The notes: generated by a model from the letters alone, not told the origin. A stretch of 63,636 nucleotides of DNA, filler included, from Lenisia limosa (GCA_001655205.1; 12 parts of 12 records of this genome joined end to end with filler, not necessarily neighbours in it), one strand, 5' to 3'; shown: positions 23,534 through 36,582, counted from the first letter of the whole stretch. Translations and numbers: made by a program.

Positions 23534-24142
23534 ATTTTTGTTACTTACAATCAAGATCAGTGGGACAATTCAAGGCTCGGTGAAGGAGGTTCATTGCTGT
23601 GCTAGCGCGTGTGTCTTCCTCACCCGTCTGAAGGGCATCAGAGGAGTTCTATTTTCAGATAATTCGAACTGATATTATATATAATATTAGATGGTTATCT
23701 TTCTCTTTTGTAGACGTGAATTCCTATGCATCAAAGGGTGGGGGTATAGATTGACAACTAGTGACCATGTAAGACTGATAACTGTCTCGCAGTCATTTTT
23801 TGATAATTCGCAGCGTGTTTCATGAAAACCTATTCAATACTCGCTTTTGGTCTGTAGTTTTCAGTCCCCTCACCCATCCGTCACTCTAAAGTATCTCATC
23901 AGATTATGAGCATGCAAGAGCAATTGAGAAAACTAAAGCGTAGTATTTGTGACAACACATATTACACATATTACTACATGATATGATATATACATTGTGA
24001 GGATTAATTATTTTCGACAAGTGGTGGTGTTTTTACGAATTTAGTTGCTGATGAAGTCCACATGTGCAACTACGTGCCCATGACCACGGACTCGACTCTT
24101 GCTGCCCGGACGTCACCGGTACGGTGGCTTTGTTTGTTTTGT

Positions 24143-24242
24143 NNNNNNNNNNNNNNNNNNNNNNNNNNNNNNNNNNNNNNNNNNNNTTAATTAATTAANN
24201 NNNNNNNNNNNNNNNNNNNNNNNNNNNNNNNNNNNNNNNNNN
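24143..24242. other. Artificial scaffold linker
   Basis: N-TTAATTAATTAA-N, 100 nt. Confidence 0.97.
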
Positions 24243-24252
24243 GTGATATAAG

Positions 24253-24351
24253 TAGGGCTTCTCTACGGTCTGAAAAAGGCCGTGAAAATATCGATATTTA
24301 TCGAGGATTTATCGAGAAATTCAGTCTTTTTGGGACCGTAGTAAAGCCCTG
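24253..24351. mobile_element. hAT-type MITE family A
   Basis: tagggcttctctacggtc ... gaccgtagtaaagccctg with the core aatatcgatatttatcgaggatttatcgagaaattcagtc. Confidence 0.85.
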
Positions 24352-24359
24352 TATCTACA

Positions 24360-24494
24360 TGAAGGGATGCGGTGCTGCAGAAGCGACTGGTCTGGGCTTT
24401 GTTTGTTTTTAACCCTCGTGCGTGTTTGTCTGTCAGCTGTTTTGTTTTTTGTTTCATAAATTCTACAATTTTACTCCCCCCCCCCCCCCCCCCC
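24360..24494 (+). repeat. Family C element (splice-acceptor-associated)
   Basis: gggatgcggtgctgcagaagcgactggtctgggctttgtttg...aaattctacaattttactccccc. Confidence 0.75.
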
Positions 24495-24599
24495 NNNNNN
24501 NNNNNNNNNNNNNNNNNNNNNNNNNNNNNNNNNNNNNNNNNNNNNNNNNNNNNNNNNNNNNNNNNNNNNNNNNGCTTCTTCAGTTTTAATCCCCATTCC

Positions 24600-26430
24600 A
24601 GGCCAAAATCACGATGCTCGAAGACTGGGTGGAAACCAACATTCCACCGTCCCCGTTAGACCTCCGACTGTTCTCCAATCCAAGCGCTGTGTTGTTCACT
24701 TTAAGACTGGTAGGGGTGGTGACGTATTATGATAATTAGGTTTGGTGATTAATAAATAATTGATATTAAATGTACAGGTAGTGCTATGCCAAGCACTTTA
24801 ACCCAAATCCACAGTACCATGCAATTCCTTACCCTACCAGATTCACCATACGATTGTGGGAGTACCTCTTGAGGAAGTGGTTCTATCAGGGCTTCCAATA
24901 GACTCAAAATCAGCAACTCCTCCGACTGATGTGAGTGGGAATGGACCAGCGTCTTCCCAATCAATGCAAGATAGGTCACATTCCGTTAATCAGGCGCTAA
25001 CTGACTCCGGATTTGCTGTGGTTGCACCAGCTGTCACAGAAACTGTGTTGGACTTGACTCTGACAATTATAGGACTAGACTAGGGGATTCTGATATTAAT
25101 TTTATTATTCTTCTAAGTATTGTTTATATTGTTCATTTTTTACCCCTATTGTGTGTCGTATATTTTTCGATCTTACTGAGTTATTTTGGGCTTTTTCTTC
25201 TTCTAATTGAAGACACTGTGATGGGATGCGGTACTGCAGAAGCNNNNNNNNNNNNNNNNNNNNNNNNNNNNNNNNNNNNNNNNNNNNNNNNNNNNNNNNN
25301 NNNNNNNNNNNNNNNNNNNNNTCCAAAATTTACTGAATTGATTTTGGGCTTTTTTTCTTTTTTTCTAATTTACCCCCAGTCCTCAACTCTACTTGTCACC
25401 GGTTTGGCTTTGGAGAGTGCTGTGTGGGACAACATAGCGTCTCGAATCGATGGTGACCGCTCTCCATCTATGGCAAATGCACGGTCAGAGGACTTTCGAG
25501 CGATTTGCCTTGGGAAACTTGGGAACAATCAATATCGATATTTTCCCGGTCTTAATCTTACCCTGTACACCCCAGGACTCCCTCCATGACTCTCACCCCA
25601 CGCACATCCGCTCCATCCCATCCCGGCCTGGGCGGAAAGTCGCTGGGAAACCTGCCGATGATGGACCCTCCTCCCTCTGCTCGCGGCCCGGCCNNNNNNN
25701 NNNNNNNNNNNNNNNNNNNNNNNNNNNNNNNNNNNNNNNNNNNNNNNNNNNNNNNNNNNNNNNNNNNNNNNNNNNNNNNNNNNNNNNNNNNNNNNNNNNN
25801 NATACAATTTATAAATCATATTAACATATTTATAGTCTTATTAACAAATAAATAATTTTCTAATAACAACTTAAATAATCAAACAAGTAAACCAAATTAA
25901 TACAACAACTTAATTAAACAAATTAATAATATCATCCATCCAGCTTGGCTTCATTGTGGTGCGTGCAGTGAGTCGAACTAAGGCGCCCGGCCCGTCATAT
26001 CCGTGTCCCGTTATGGCTTGTTCTGGTGGGGGAATTATTAATATATTATTATGGTGGGGTTCGTAGGTGATTAAAATGGGGGTATTTTTTATGGGGGTAA
26101 AATTGGATATTTTGTAAAGACAAAATCAACTCTATTGGGGGGGGGGGCTCACCCTAAGTGATGGGATGTGCTGCAGAAGCGACTGGCCTGGGCGTTGTTT
26201 GTTGTTTTGTTATCAACTCGTGTATTGTCAGCCAACAGAGTTGATTTGGGGCTATTTTTGCGTCATAAATTTTCCAATTTATCCCCCTCAGTATCTACGC
26301 CTCCCTCCTACATAATATTGTGATTTAGAGAATAATCCCTTTTTCAGGTGAAAGCATCCACCTTCCGGCAGCGGCTCCGGCGGCGCAGTGGGCACTTCAG
26401 GGCGTGTCGCTGGTGCCTAATCAGCAATAA
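24600..26430 (+). CDS. Hypothetical Ser/Pro-rich multi-exon protein (fragment)
   Basis: AKITMLEDWVETNIPPSPLDLRLF; SSTLLVTGLALESAVWDNIASRIDGDRSPSMANAR|TPSMTLTPRTSAPSHPG, with GT-AG introns and gaps. Confidence 0.45.
25219..25379 (+). repeat. Family C element ending at an intron acceptor
   Basis: gtgatgggatgcggtactgcagaagc[N]...ttgattttgggcttttt...ctaatttacccccAG, then exon SSTLLVTG. Confidence 0.75.
26092..26291 (+). mobile_element. Family C element with both inverted ends visible
   Basis: Left gggggtaaaattgga...aaaatcaactctattgg; right ccaacagagttgattt...ttttccaatttatccccc(tcAG). Confidence 0.7.
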
Positions 26431-26518
26431 GGGAGGAGGTTTGTTTGGAGGGGACGAGGTTGTCTTATTAATTGTTGATATAGCTGTTAATTAAGTACTT
26501 CAAACCAACAAGAGTAAG

Positions 26519-26618
26519 TTGGGCTTCATTTCGGTTCGAAACAAGACTAAATTTCTCGATTAATCCTCGAAAACTATCGATATTGTACCGGTCTTTTTCA
26601 AACCGAAGTGAAGCCTTA
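26519..26618. mobile_element. hAT-type MITE family A
   Basis: tgggcttcatttcggttcg ... aaaccgaagtgaagcctta. Confidence 0.85.
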
Positions 26619-27522
26619 ATAGTTAGGTTTGTTAAATCTAGTAATCATTCTTGAACTTAACAAAATCAAGATTAGAAATGGGTGGTACCTCTTTTTTTAT
26701 TATTTTTTATTGATTCAGGTGTGGCTGTCCTCCTATGTATTTTTATGGTTTTCCTGTTTTTAATGTATTCTGTATTGTATCAATGTGAGTAAAAAATCAC
26801 GTTTTGATCAAAAACCAAAAATTAACGGGTACCATAAAACCGCCAAAGCCACTTCGCGTTCTGTAGTATAAACGGGTGCAAAATAAGCACCTTTTGGAAT
26901 ATGACGATCGATACAACAACCACTGATCACTCACTAACAATATCATCTTGTATATTTACTGACCGATGTCCTTCCTATTATTGTGTCAGGACTTATCGTG
27001 ATCACAGTGCCACAAGTATTCCTCTGAGTGATAGTGACGGCTGAAAAAACACAAACAAATTCCGAATGAACTATTGAAAAAACATAAGCTACATAACAAC
27101 AGGAAATCAGAACATGGGGTACCGGCAGGGTTGAAGGCTCAGTTTAGCGTTTATTGTANNNNNNNNNNNNNNNNNNNNNNNNNNNNNNNNNNNNNNNNNN
27201 NNNNNNNNNNNNNNNNNNNNNNNNNNNNNNNNNNNNNNNNNNNNNNNNNNNNNNNNNNNNNNNNNNNNNNNNNNNNNNNNNNNNNNNNNNNNNNNNNNNN
27301 NNNNNNNNNNNNNNNNNNNNNNNNNNNNNNNNNNNNNNNNNNNNNNNNNGGTGGAGGCAGAAGATTTCAAAAAACACAATAAAATGTTGTATCTGGGGGG
27401 TGGAACAAGTAGCCTCAAATACAACAAATCAAATTTCAAAACAGTAGAGAAACAAGATATTTAAACCAAAAAAAAAAACACTCTAAAAAAGGTAGAAAAA
27501 AAATCGATCAAAAAAGCTTAAC

Positions 27523-27622
27523 NNNNNNNNNNNNNNNNNNNNNNNNNNNNNNNNNNNNNNNNNNNNTTAATTAATTAANNNNNNNNNNNNNNNNNNNNNN
27601 NNNNNNNNNNNNNNNNNNNNNN
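27523..27622. other. Artificial scaffold linker
   Basis: N-TTAATTAATTAA-N, 100 nt. Confidence 0.97.
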
Positions 27623-27788
27623 ACAAAGCCCAGGCCAGTCGGCATCCATTCACTCTGGCGACGGTTAAAAGAAGAAATTTATGAAATATATATGATTTTA
27701 AAAAAACCAAAATCAACTCGGTTAAATCTAAACACTAAATCTAAAACCGACACTAGACTGGAAACTGACAGTATTTGAATATCCTATC

Positions 27789-27860
27789 AAGGGTTTGTCT
27801 GAAAAAGCCCGAAATAATATATATAAATTCAGACTTTTTTCGAACCGAAGTGAAACCCCA
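27789..27860. mobile_element. MITE family A, internally deleted copy
   Basis: Right half aattcagacttttttcgaaccgaagtgaaacccca. Confidence 0.6.
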
Positions 27861-27867
27861 ACTCTAC

Positions 27868-29917
27868 CTTGGGGGTACGGTTGAGCTCCTCAAGCGTGAC
27901 AAACGCGAAACCTCTCAACTTTCCCTCGTGGCCAATCGGAATTTTTACTTCAGTCAGGTTGCCGAAATCCTGGGGGGGGGGGGNNNNNNNNNNNNNNNNN
28001 NNNNNNNNNNNNNNNNNNNNNNNNNNNNNNNNNNNNNNNNNNNNNNNNNNNNNNNNNNNNNNNNNNNNNNNNNNNNNNGGATGAGTTGGTGCTGAGGTCC
28101 ACACTTTGAAACTGCAAAGTCCCTGTGTCATCCCCGAGATGAAGAGATAAAGACCCTTCAAGACGCCTTAAATAATATGTAGGGCTTCACTACGGTCCAA
28201 AAAAGACAGTCAAAATATCGATATTTATCGAGGATTTATCGGGAATTTCAGTCTATTTTGGGAACGTAAGGAAGCCCTAATCATATGGCCCTAATGTGTA
28301 TTTGTTTCCCTCGTCTAGAATCAGTGAACAAAAACAAAAGAAATCCCTCCAACCTTGAAGAACTTTCTAATTTTTTCCTCAGTCACAGACCACGGCAAAT
28401 TGCGGAGAATCAAACGCAGATCCTTGGCTTTCTAAAGGGTCCAAATAAGATACAATATTAATATTCATAACTAGAGCTTCCCGAGGTTTTAAAAAAGACC
28501 AATAGTACTCAATGTGTCCGAAAAAGTCACTTCTTTTTCAGGCTGTTCTTACCACACCCCAGTTTTACATGCTCCCGTGCTCACCAGTCTCTCCTTCCTC
28601 TCTTCCTCAAGTCTCTTGGCTTCGGCTACGTCCTTGCGTCTGAGCAGTTAACAGGCAATATGGTACACGCAGTCGTTTATGGTATGTTTTTTGCAAAATA
28701 ATGTAGAGATGAGAAAGTCTCTATTGAAACTAGAAATGCCAAAATAATGTAGAGATGAGAGAAAATTGGTCTGATAATACACTTGAAATAACCAAAATAT
28801 TTCTACACTTGTCACACGGAAAGTTTTACCATTTATTTCTCCCCTCTCCTGTATAATCATCCCCATGAATAGATACCATTTACACCCCCCCCCCCCCACT
28901 TNNNNNNNNNNNNNNNNNNNNNNNNNNNNNNNNNNNNNNNNNNNNNNNNNNNNNNNNNNNNNNNNNNNNNNNNNNNNNNNNNNNNNNNNNNNNNNNNNNN
29001 NNNNNNNNNNNNNNNNNNNNNNNNNNNNNNNNNNNNNNNNNNNNNNNNNNNNNNNNNNNNNNNNNNNNNNNNNNNNNNNNNNNNNNNNNNNGAAGCTCCA
29101 CTTCCAACAGATATTCTCGATAAATCCTCGATATTGCTCATCTGACAAAACTCCTCCATATTCCCATGCACCAAAAAGTCATTTCATTGACTGTACATGT
29201 ATGTGGAGTGGACAGGGTTAGTCATAACCAACTTGGTACATTTACTCACGAAATTAGTCAAGACTTATCATAGTCATATATTAATTTCCTCTTAATTATC
29301 ATATATTTCCCCCCACCACCCTCGGCCACCTTCATAATGAAGATCCTTCTCATCCCCATCATCACCAAAATAAAGACCTTTCTAATCCTTACTCAATAGG
29401 AGGAAAACATCCCCATCCTAGCCATCTATCAGGCCTGTATAACATAATTAACAAGCCTAGTCCCATATTACATTTTCTATACGCCCCATAAAAGACGCAT
29501 GCGCCAAGATGTACAGGAATTGGAATATAAACCATCATTCCACCTGTTACATAATCAAGCCAAATGTCGGTTTCCCCATCCGACAAAGCCATTGCAACTG
29601 CCCACAAACCATTGAACTGTGCAATAGCAGACTCGGCATCGTCTTTAGAGGTGAAGTCGACCAAAGCAAAACCCTTGCAGGCCTTCTCGTCATCAAGCGG
29701 AAGATGGACGCTACATGGTGTTAATGCGGCGATTTGGCATTTTTCTCTCATTTCAGGCCTTTAGAGCCACGAGAAGGCTGTGAAGAGGGGAGGAAGCATA
29801 CTTTCTGATTGGTCCAACGTTGCTGAACCATGATTCGACGGTTTCTTTGACGATATCCTTTACTAAGCCACCAATGTAGACACGGGCAAGGCCGTGTTTC
29901 GCGCTACCCTCGGACAT
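27868..29917 (-). CDS. RBM28: Multi-RRM nucleolar RNA-binding protein, RBM28/Nop4-like (3' incomplete)
   Basis: RRM1 ARVYIGGLVKDIVKETVESWFSNVGPIRK|CSVHLPLDDEKACKGFALVDFTSKDDAESAIAQFNG; RRM2 LRLILRNLPWSVTEEKIRKFFK...EVKIPIGHEGKLRGFAFV. Confidence 0.6.
28180..28279. mobile_element. hAT-type MITE family A (intronic)
   Basis: TAGGGC...GCCCTA; TSD ataatatg/atcatatg (7/8). Confidence 0.9.
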
Positions 29918-30406
29918 AGTTTGCAAGATCTTCTTCTATAACTCTCAACCGCAATCTATCTCTTACTATATACTATAAAGGCTTACAAAAAACGTAAAAA
30001 GGATGATTTTTCGCCAAAAAATGGCATAAATATATAAACCCGCTATAAACATATAAACCCCAAGAGAAGACGTATAGATGGTATTGTTGTTGTTGGCGAT
30101 TCATGTGCCTCCCCCCCCTCTTCTTTGCCTGCTGTCTTTTTCGCTTTTTCGGACCCATCCAGGGCACATCTATACACTCGCCCCAATATTCCAGAATCGA
30201 ATTCAAGGATTAATCGAATATATCGATGGCATTTCACAAATACAAAAGTTCTTTTCATGAGAAAATACAATACCAAATTAAACTTCTTTTAGCCATAATC
30301 TGTAATAAGAGAAGCAATGATAGAATTATGAAGTAACGAGGTGATATTGTACAAATCAGAATACATCAAATCATCTATGTTGACAAGAGTAGAATACACC
30401 CGGAAT

Positions 30407-32756
30407 CTAGGCCCATTTTTCGGTATTTTTCCAGAGAGCATCCCCAAGATGGTGGACTGCGTTGACACCAATGTCCTTGTTTATTGACTTTCTGGGGGAG
30501 GAAGGAAATAAATTTGATGAAGAATATTTGCGTGAAGGTGTGGAAAATTTATGAATACAAAAAAAAAACTGATCAACTCTGGTAAAAGAAGTTGATTGAC
30601 TTGTGGAGTAGAGAAACGATAGACAAAAACCTGAAATAACACAGAGATAAAAACCTGAAATCTACAAAAGTTGAAGGAAATTCTGATGACGAATATTGGT
30701 AGGAGGGGGAATGAAGAAAATCGGTGAGATCTGAGGAGGAGGGGATAAATGTTTAATCACATTCTGGGGATGCGACGCAACAACCCACATTTCATCGGTT
30801 GAAAGCTGCAGTGATCCGACAGCAACGGCATTCTGTTTGCCTTCCGCATATACAGCCTGGGCTCGTAAATCCCCATGTATTTATATTCATATTCATTTAA
30901 TGTACAAAATTAGAGAAATAATTTAATTTAATAATTTTTCATCTTTCATTATACGTACAGATGAGAATTACAAACAAGGTAGTCTTGTCGAAGCCGTTCA
31001 CACCACGCTTATGAGAGATTTTACCTATCTTTGCCTTTCATTATTATAATCACAATAAAATAATGCTACGATTAATATGAAGAAATGACAAAGGAATGTC
31101 GCCAAAGCCCTCCATACAATCAGTTTTATAAGGGATATTAAATCAAATAATCTAATGGCATCAAAAAGCAAAACATTCTGCCTTGTAAACTGAATAGCGT
31201 ACCAAAAACATGTAGTATTATCAAATAAAATTCACCTATCCAGTTAAAATAGGGCTTCCCTACGGTGCCATATGGGAAGCCCGGGCCATGACTTTGGCGA
31301 TAATCTCGCACATACCACAATAGTCTCAGCAGGAAGATTCTCCTCCGGCAGCCTACCCCCCGGTGACGTCATCCCTACACACCTGCAATTGTCAGGCTTG
31401 TTGGCAAAGTAAGTAGAATTTTCGATAAAACCTCGATTATTTCACAGGATAAGTAGAGCGTGACAAATGGGAATATATCGCAAAATAAGAGAAGCAATGA
31501 GTACAATACAAGAGCACTGTGCAATTGATTTTTTTTAGTTAATTTTGAAAATTCAAGTGAGATGGTGATGAAAACATAGAAAGCTGAGTACTACTCCTCA
31601 CCGTTCCTTGTCGTGATAAAAATGGGTAATACAATAAATCACCCACACCACACCCCAACTACATCATATTATACCCCCACACCCCTTCCACCCTCACATG
31701 ATATTAGCGCCAGCAAGCACGAATCTGATAGCTCCTTCGTCAACCTGAACACGGGGGAGGATGTTGGGATCTGGATGAAGTGAATAAGGCATTATTATTG
31801 TTTACTGCAGTAAAGCTCGTGTGTTTGGAATTGATACATTATTCATGAGAAGAAGACATGGATCGAACATGATTAAGAATATGATAAATACATGTAGAAA
31901 AGAGACAAATAAAAGAAGAGTATAGTTGCTGACAAAAATAACTACTTATTGCCAGTGTCATAAGCTTGAAATTTCACTAAGCACCAGTATTTTCTTTCAG
32001 ACAATTCAATACGTTCAGCATTACTAACTAGTGTGTCTGATTTATCCTCGATATCGATATTTGCCTCGTCTCCATGCCAATATGAAGCTCTAACTCTGTT
32101 GCTATAGTGTGTATGACTTCAACCAGGTACTCCATCTAAGTATTCTTTTTTTGATGAATGCTTGTTTACAGCTATTTATCTAATTCTGCAAGAAAATAAA
32201 AAGAACACTATTCAAAACTTAATTTATATTGAATAATCATAAAATTACACATTGAGAGTTTATACATTACCTAGAAGTTTATTCAACAAACTTTCCACAT
32301 GAGAAACCAATGTCCATATCATTTCAGCATTCTTCAGCTTGAAAACAAACGATAAAAACAAAAACAAAAAAAAAACAGCCCCCTCTCTTAATTTAACGAT
32401 GTAAAAAAAATCCCCACAAACGGCGATGGAGGACCTTAAGAGTGGGAATGAAGGGTCCATCACGAATCTGGAAGAAGTATGGCTCTCCCCCAACAACAAT
32501 AAAGGTCAGGTGGTTGGCGCTGCAAAGGGTCAGCGAGGCCTGATGTATTGTTCCCTACGCTTTAGCAAGATAAACAGCCTCCTTCTTGGGCAGAAGATCG
32601 CTTATCTCCTTCTCGATTGAGGGGAACTGGTCAATCAGCTTGCTCTTAAGCCCTCTAGTTACACTAGACTTGGCAAGGGTGAAGCCAGTAACATGTTCAT
32701 CACGGGTAAACCTGTGAAAGTGAAATAAAGCCAAAAAGAACAAACTTTCTAAACAT
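30407..32756 (-). CDS. MCTS1: Malignant T-cell-amplified sequence 1 / Tma20 translation re-initiation factor (complete, 7 exons)
   Basis: MFRK|FTRDEHV...LIDQFP...LLPKKE...GEPYFFQIRDGPFIPTLKVLHR|HPNILPRVQVDEGAIRFVLAGANI|MCVGMTSPGG...ETIV|AVYAEGKQNAVAVG...|KSINKDIGVNAVHHLGDALW...* with canonical GT-AG introns. Confidence 0.93.
31250..31284. mobile_element. Minimal 35-bp MITE-A derivative (termini only)
   Basis: tagggcttccctacggtgccatatgggaagcccgg inside an MCTS1 intron. Confidence 0.6.
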
Positions 32757-33018
32757 TTTGTTTCTTCAATTTTATATCTACAAAACTGTTCTAACACTAA
32801 AAATACAAGCAAAAGGTCTACTTTTTCGCTGTTTTCCAGTTTTGTTCAACTGTCGGGTATTTATACACTCTCCTTTTCTCAGTTTTCTCTCTCTTAAGTC
32901 CTCTGTTCAGGTATAAAACATAAGAATACTTGAATTGTCAGCAATTAACACACTGCGTGGAAAAACCATCAAAGCAGGATTTCTCATTTGTAATCAATGG
33001 TGTGATCGACCTTCCAGT

Positions 33019-33440
33019 ATGCAACTCTCACTATGGCTTGCCCAGGTGCTGGCCTTCTTGTGTGCAGTTGGACTATCAAGTGCTATTGTTACAGTAAGTG
33101 GGTGAGTTGGCTCTCTGTGAGTCGCTTGATCTTCAATATCGAGGTTAAATGGACTCTCTCTTTGGATTGAGGGGGGTTAAACTTGTATCCATTTTCTCGT
33201 TTATTTGCACCCCCTGCGTGTTATCATCTTTTGCTTGCCACTTTCGATTAAATTTTGACGCGATGGTATTTTACTTTCCATTTACCCCAATTTTACCCCC
33301 CTCCCCCCCATAGTTGATTTGGCTTTTTTTCTTAAATTTTCCAATTTACTCCCCCCACCCCCAGGAACTCGAGAACAATGTGTGGAGTCAGAAAATGGCC
33401 GTGACGTCTGCGGATGTCCAGTTTGAGTTCCATGTTTCAA
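33019..33440 (+). CDS. 5' end of a secreted or membrane protein
   Basis: Signal-peptide-like MQLSLWLAQVLAFLCAVGLSSAIVT | intron | ELENNVWSQKMAVTSADVQFEFHVSK. Confidence 0.5.
33170..33364 (+). repeat. Degenerate family C element ending at an intron acceptor
   Basis: ggggggttaaacttg ... tagttgatttggcttttt...aaattttccaatttactccccccacccccAG|GAACTC. Confidence 0.65.
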
Positions 33441-33526
33441 AGTGAGGGGCGGGTAAGTGGTGCAAAGGTGCGTGGGGGGATAAGGTTCTGTGCCATTGTA
33501 CTTATTGCATTAGATACATATGTCTG

Positions 33527-33626
33527 NNNNNNNNNNNNNNNNNNNNNNNNNNNNNNNNNNNNNNNNNNNNTTAATTAATTAANNNNNNNNNNNNNNNNNN
33601 NNNNNNNNNNNNNNNNNNNNNNNNNN
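33527..33626. other. Artificial scaffold linker
   Basis: N-TTAATTAATTAA-N, 100 nt. Confidence 0.97.
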
Positions 33627-33719
33627 GGGGGGGGGGGGTAAACATTCATATTGATTAATATTTTTATCTGCTTGATTGAGGCTGTTGGTCCTCTCCCCGT
33701 ACTCCAGCATTCCCCCCTA

Positions 33720-35750
33720 ATCTTCAATAGGGACCCGGGAACCCTTCAATTTCACTCACCCTCACAGGCGCCGTCCCAAGCGTTCCCCCAGCCCTCCCCC
33801 CCGTGAAATCCGCCGTCGTGAACGTCGTCAACAGAGGTGCGTGAGGCTGGGTATTCGTTAGTTTTATTGTTTTTAGTATTATGCTGTTCACCATTTTTGA
33901 GTGTGCCAAGAACCGTTTCTGACCCTTTCAGGACCCCCTCAATGTCACCCGAGCGTTCCGCCAGCCCTCCTCCCCTCAAACTCTCAAGAAGCGATGACAG
34001 TGGCGAGGTGGGCTGCTTTATTCGCATTCACATCGTCCACGCTCTACTTTTGTTAACTTCAGAATTCTACCGTATTGTTCAAAACCTATTTTTCTTTTGA
34101 CATAGAAAAACAATCGCTTCTTATTAGGCTCACCACCCAGGATCCGAACTTTGCCAAACTCCCCACATACGACTCTGAGTTCACTGTGCTCAACCTCCCT
34201 AAGAAGATCACGGACCTTGAGAAGCCCCTTAAGTTTGTTGGGCATTCCCATAAACGTAATGTGTGACAGTCTTCGGCAGAAATGCTAATGATTTCAGTTC
34301 TTGCATTCTGAGAAGTGAGTAGATAGCGAGTCTTACAAATAATCTGAATACGATCTTTTTCACTGTTTCAGGGTTAAGGAGACAATTAATCGCAAGATCA
34401 AGATCAGCCCCGCTTTCTTCAATCAGAATAAGGGTATGGGGGGAAGACAAATATATATTGGATCTTAGAACTTCCCTTCGGTTGGAAAAAGATCGGTAAA
34501 ATATCGATAGTTATAGAGAATTTCATTTTTGAACCGAAGTGAAGTCCTAATCTCAGACTGTGTAGTGCTCTATTCTTTTAATTTTTTTTATGTTCAGAAC
34601 GTCTCGTGTACCACGCACGTGACATGACCAGCAACAAGGACGTGGACGGACGGAAGATTCTCGTCAAGCAAGTTGGGGGGTGGGGGTACATAATGCGCAA
34701 TTCGGTTTCTCTTGGAAAATCGCCACCATCGCCTCTAATCTTTCAGTTCACTTCCGCCGACCCGCTGGACAACACCTTCCGCAACTACCAGACGGCAGCT
34801 GAGACCCAAGCAGTGGCTCGCTTCCTGTCGACGGAGTTCAACGCCTCCATTGAGCCCGAGCTTGAGACTGAAATGAGGTTCGCTCTCGTGCTTGGAGGCT
34901 TTTAGTGCACCTTTTAACTCGGATCACAGGTTTCATTATGGACATCTCACCCCACCCAGGTTCCCGAGTATGCATATCGGCTCACATGGCCGTTCAGTGT
35001 TCCTCAGCCAGGCCCGTGCCAATCCCGATGATAAGTAGGCCGAACGCTTGATGTGAAAATAATATGTCTCTGGTCGCATAGTTGTAAATTTAGTGTATTT
35101 CGAAATGTAACATTGTCGACTTATTGTTTTCTAATTCAATTTTATTGATTGGGTGTTTTTTTTTTTTTTTTGTTGTTGTTTTTTTAAAATTATTCAGGGT
35201 CCGGATTCCTAAGGATGAAGCTCGTGAAATCATGGATGCTTTCTCACATTTCACTTTTGCTGCTACGAGTGAGGGGGCTACTTCGGAATCATACCACACC
35301 TTTTTCACTTCACAATTCTGCAGTTTTTTTTTTTNNNNNNNNNNNNNNNNNNNNNNNNNNNNNNNNNNNNNNNNNNCTTTGGGCGTACAATTATTCGAAG
35401 AAACTCATGCTTTAGGCGGTTTCCTCCTTGTTGAAGGATTGGAAGGACAGATCAACAACTTGAATAGCCCGACAATTCACTGCCCGTAGGTGGCGTGATT
35501 TTCTCTGTATTTTTTATTACATTCTCATCATTATCAAGTTACCACAAATTTCCCTTCTCTTTTTCTTGTATAATCTTTCTCGCATTTTTTTTTTTTTTTT
35601 TTGGTTTTGACAAATTCAATGCACGCGGTACCGCCTTTGGCGAAAAGAACGAGGGAATGGACGGTATTTTGGCCTTCTTCAAGAAGCACAAGTGCTCAGA
35701 TTACTGCGAAGACGCCAACCTCTGCCCCATGCATATGTCCGACGTCAAGG
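33720..35750 (+). CDS. Alpha-kinase (eEF2K/MHCK) family protein, probably catalytically dead (5' partial)
   Basis: RLVYHARD..ILVKQF..ETQAVARFLSTEFN; IMDAFSHFTF; GFLLVEGLEG..LNSPTIH; GMDGILAFFKKHKCSDYC zinc-binding C-terminus. Confidence 0.8.
34466..34549. mobile_element. MITE family A (intron of alpha-kinase gene)
   Basis: tagaacttcccttcggttgg ... gaaccgaagtgaagtccta. Confidence 0.8.
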
Positions 35751-36054
35751 TTGGCGTTCCGCCCATACCACTTTATAATTCCAAATATTTAAAATAGAGA
35801 AATGTCCCCCATTGCGTAAGAAACAGTCTTTCTTGTTCTGCCCCTTTTGACGACTCAGAGTGTGGCGCGTGGCGCAATGCAAGACGGCATCGTTCTGGAG
35901 TAACTTCTCCTTCACATCACTACAATTCACTGTTCTTATTCATTGCTGGGTGACGAAGTTGATCGTTACGAACTGAGTGCGCCTTCGCAATCTCAATTAC
36001 AACAAGAGCCCTTTGATATTATATTACACATAAATACATCTGTCCTAATACAAC

Positions 36055-36430
36055 ACACTACTGCTCCTTGAGCCCCTTAGCAACAAGCGACTGCATGGCG
36101 AGGAACTGGGGGCTGGTCATGATCACACCCGTGTACGTTGGGGGCATCTAGGATTAGCCAAAACGGATTCACTCAAAAAAATATCAACAAAAACCATATC
36201 ATAATCAAGAATTCCCTTGTACTTTTGACATATCTGGGATCATAGGAGGGAGTTTAGTCTGCTGCGCAACCTTCTGGAAGTATGAAAAAAAATGTGTGTG
36301 TTTTTTTTACAAAGGGAACAACTGTCAACAATGAACCACCTAACCCCCATCAAACCTCAACAATAAGGGGGCGTTCAGGCGCTTTGGTCTTCACTTCCAA
36401 GTTCTCATGGACAATTCCTTCATCCCTGAG
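36055..36430 (-). CDS. 3' end of a hypothetical spliced gene
   Basis: FLRDEGIVHENLEVKTKAPERPLLLR / KVAQQTKLLPMIP / MPPTYTGVIMTSPQFLAMQSLVAKGLKEQ*. Confidence 0.4.
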
Positions 36431-36582
36431 GAATGGGTTATAATTCGGTTAACACTATTTTAGGGGTAGGTGTGAGGTGGGAATTCTATAAGAAAGTGAC
36501 AAATAATAGTGCAGAGGGGGGGTTCATCCCTGAGGAATGGGTTATAATTCGGTTAACACTATTTTAGGGGTAGGTGTGAGGT

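Noticed and set aside
36421-36582. 58-bp direct duplication (36421-36478 / 36525-36582)
   Set aside because: The second copy ends exactly at a scaffold edge, typical of an assembly overlap artefact.
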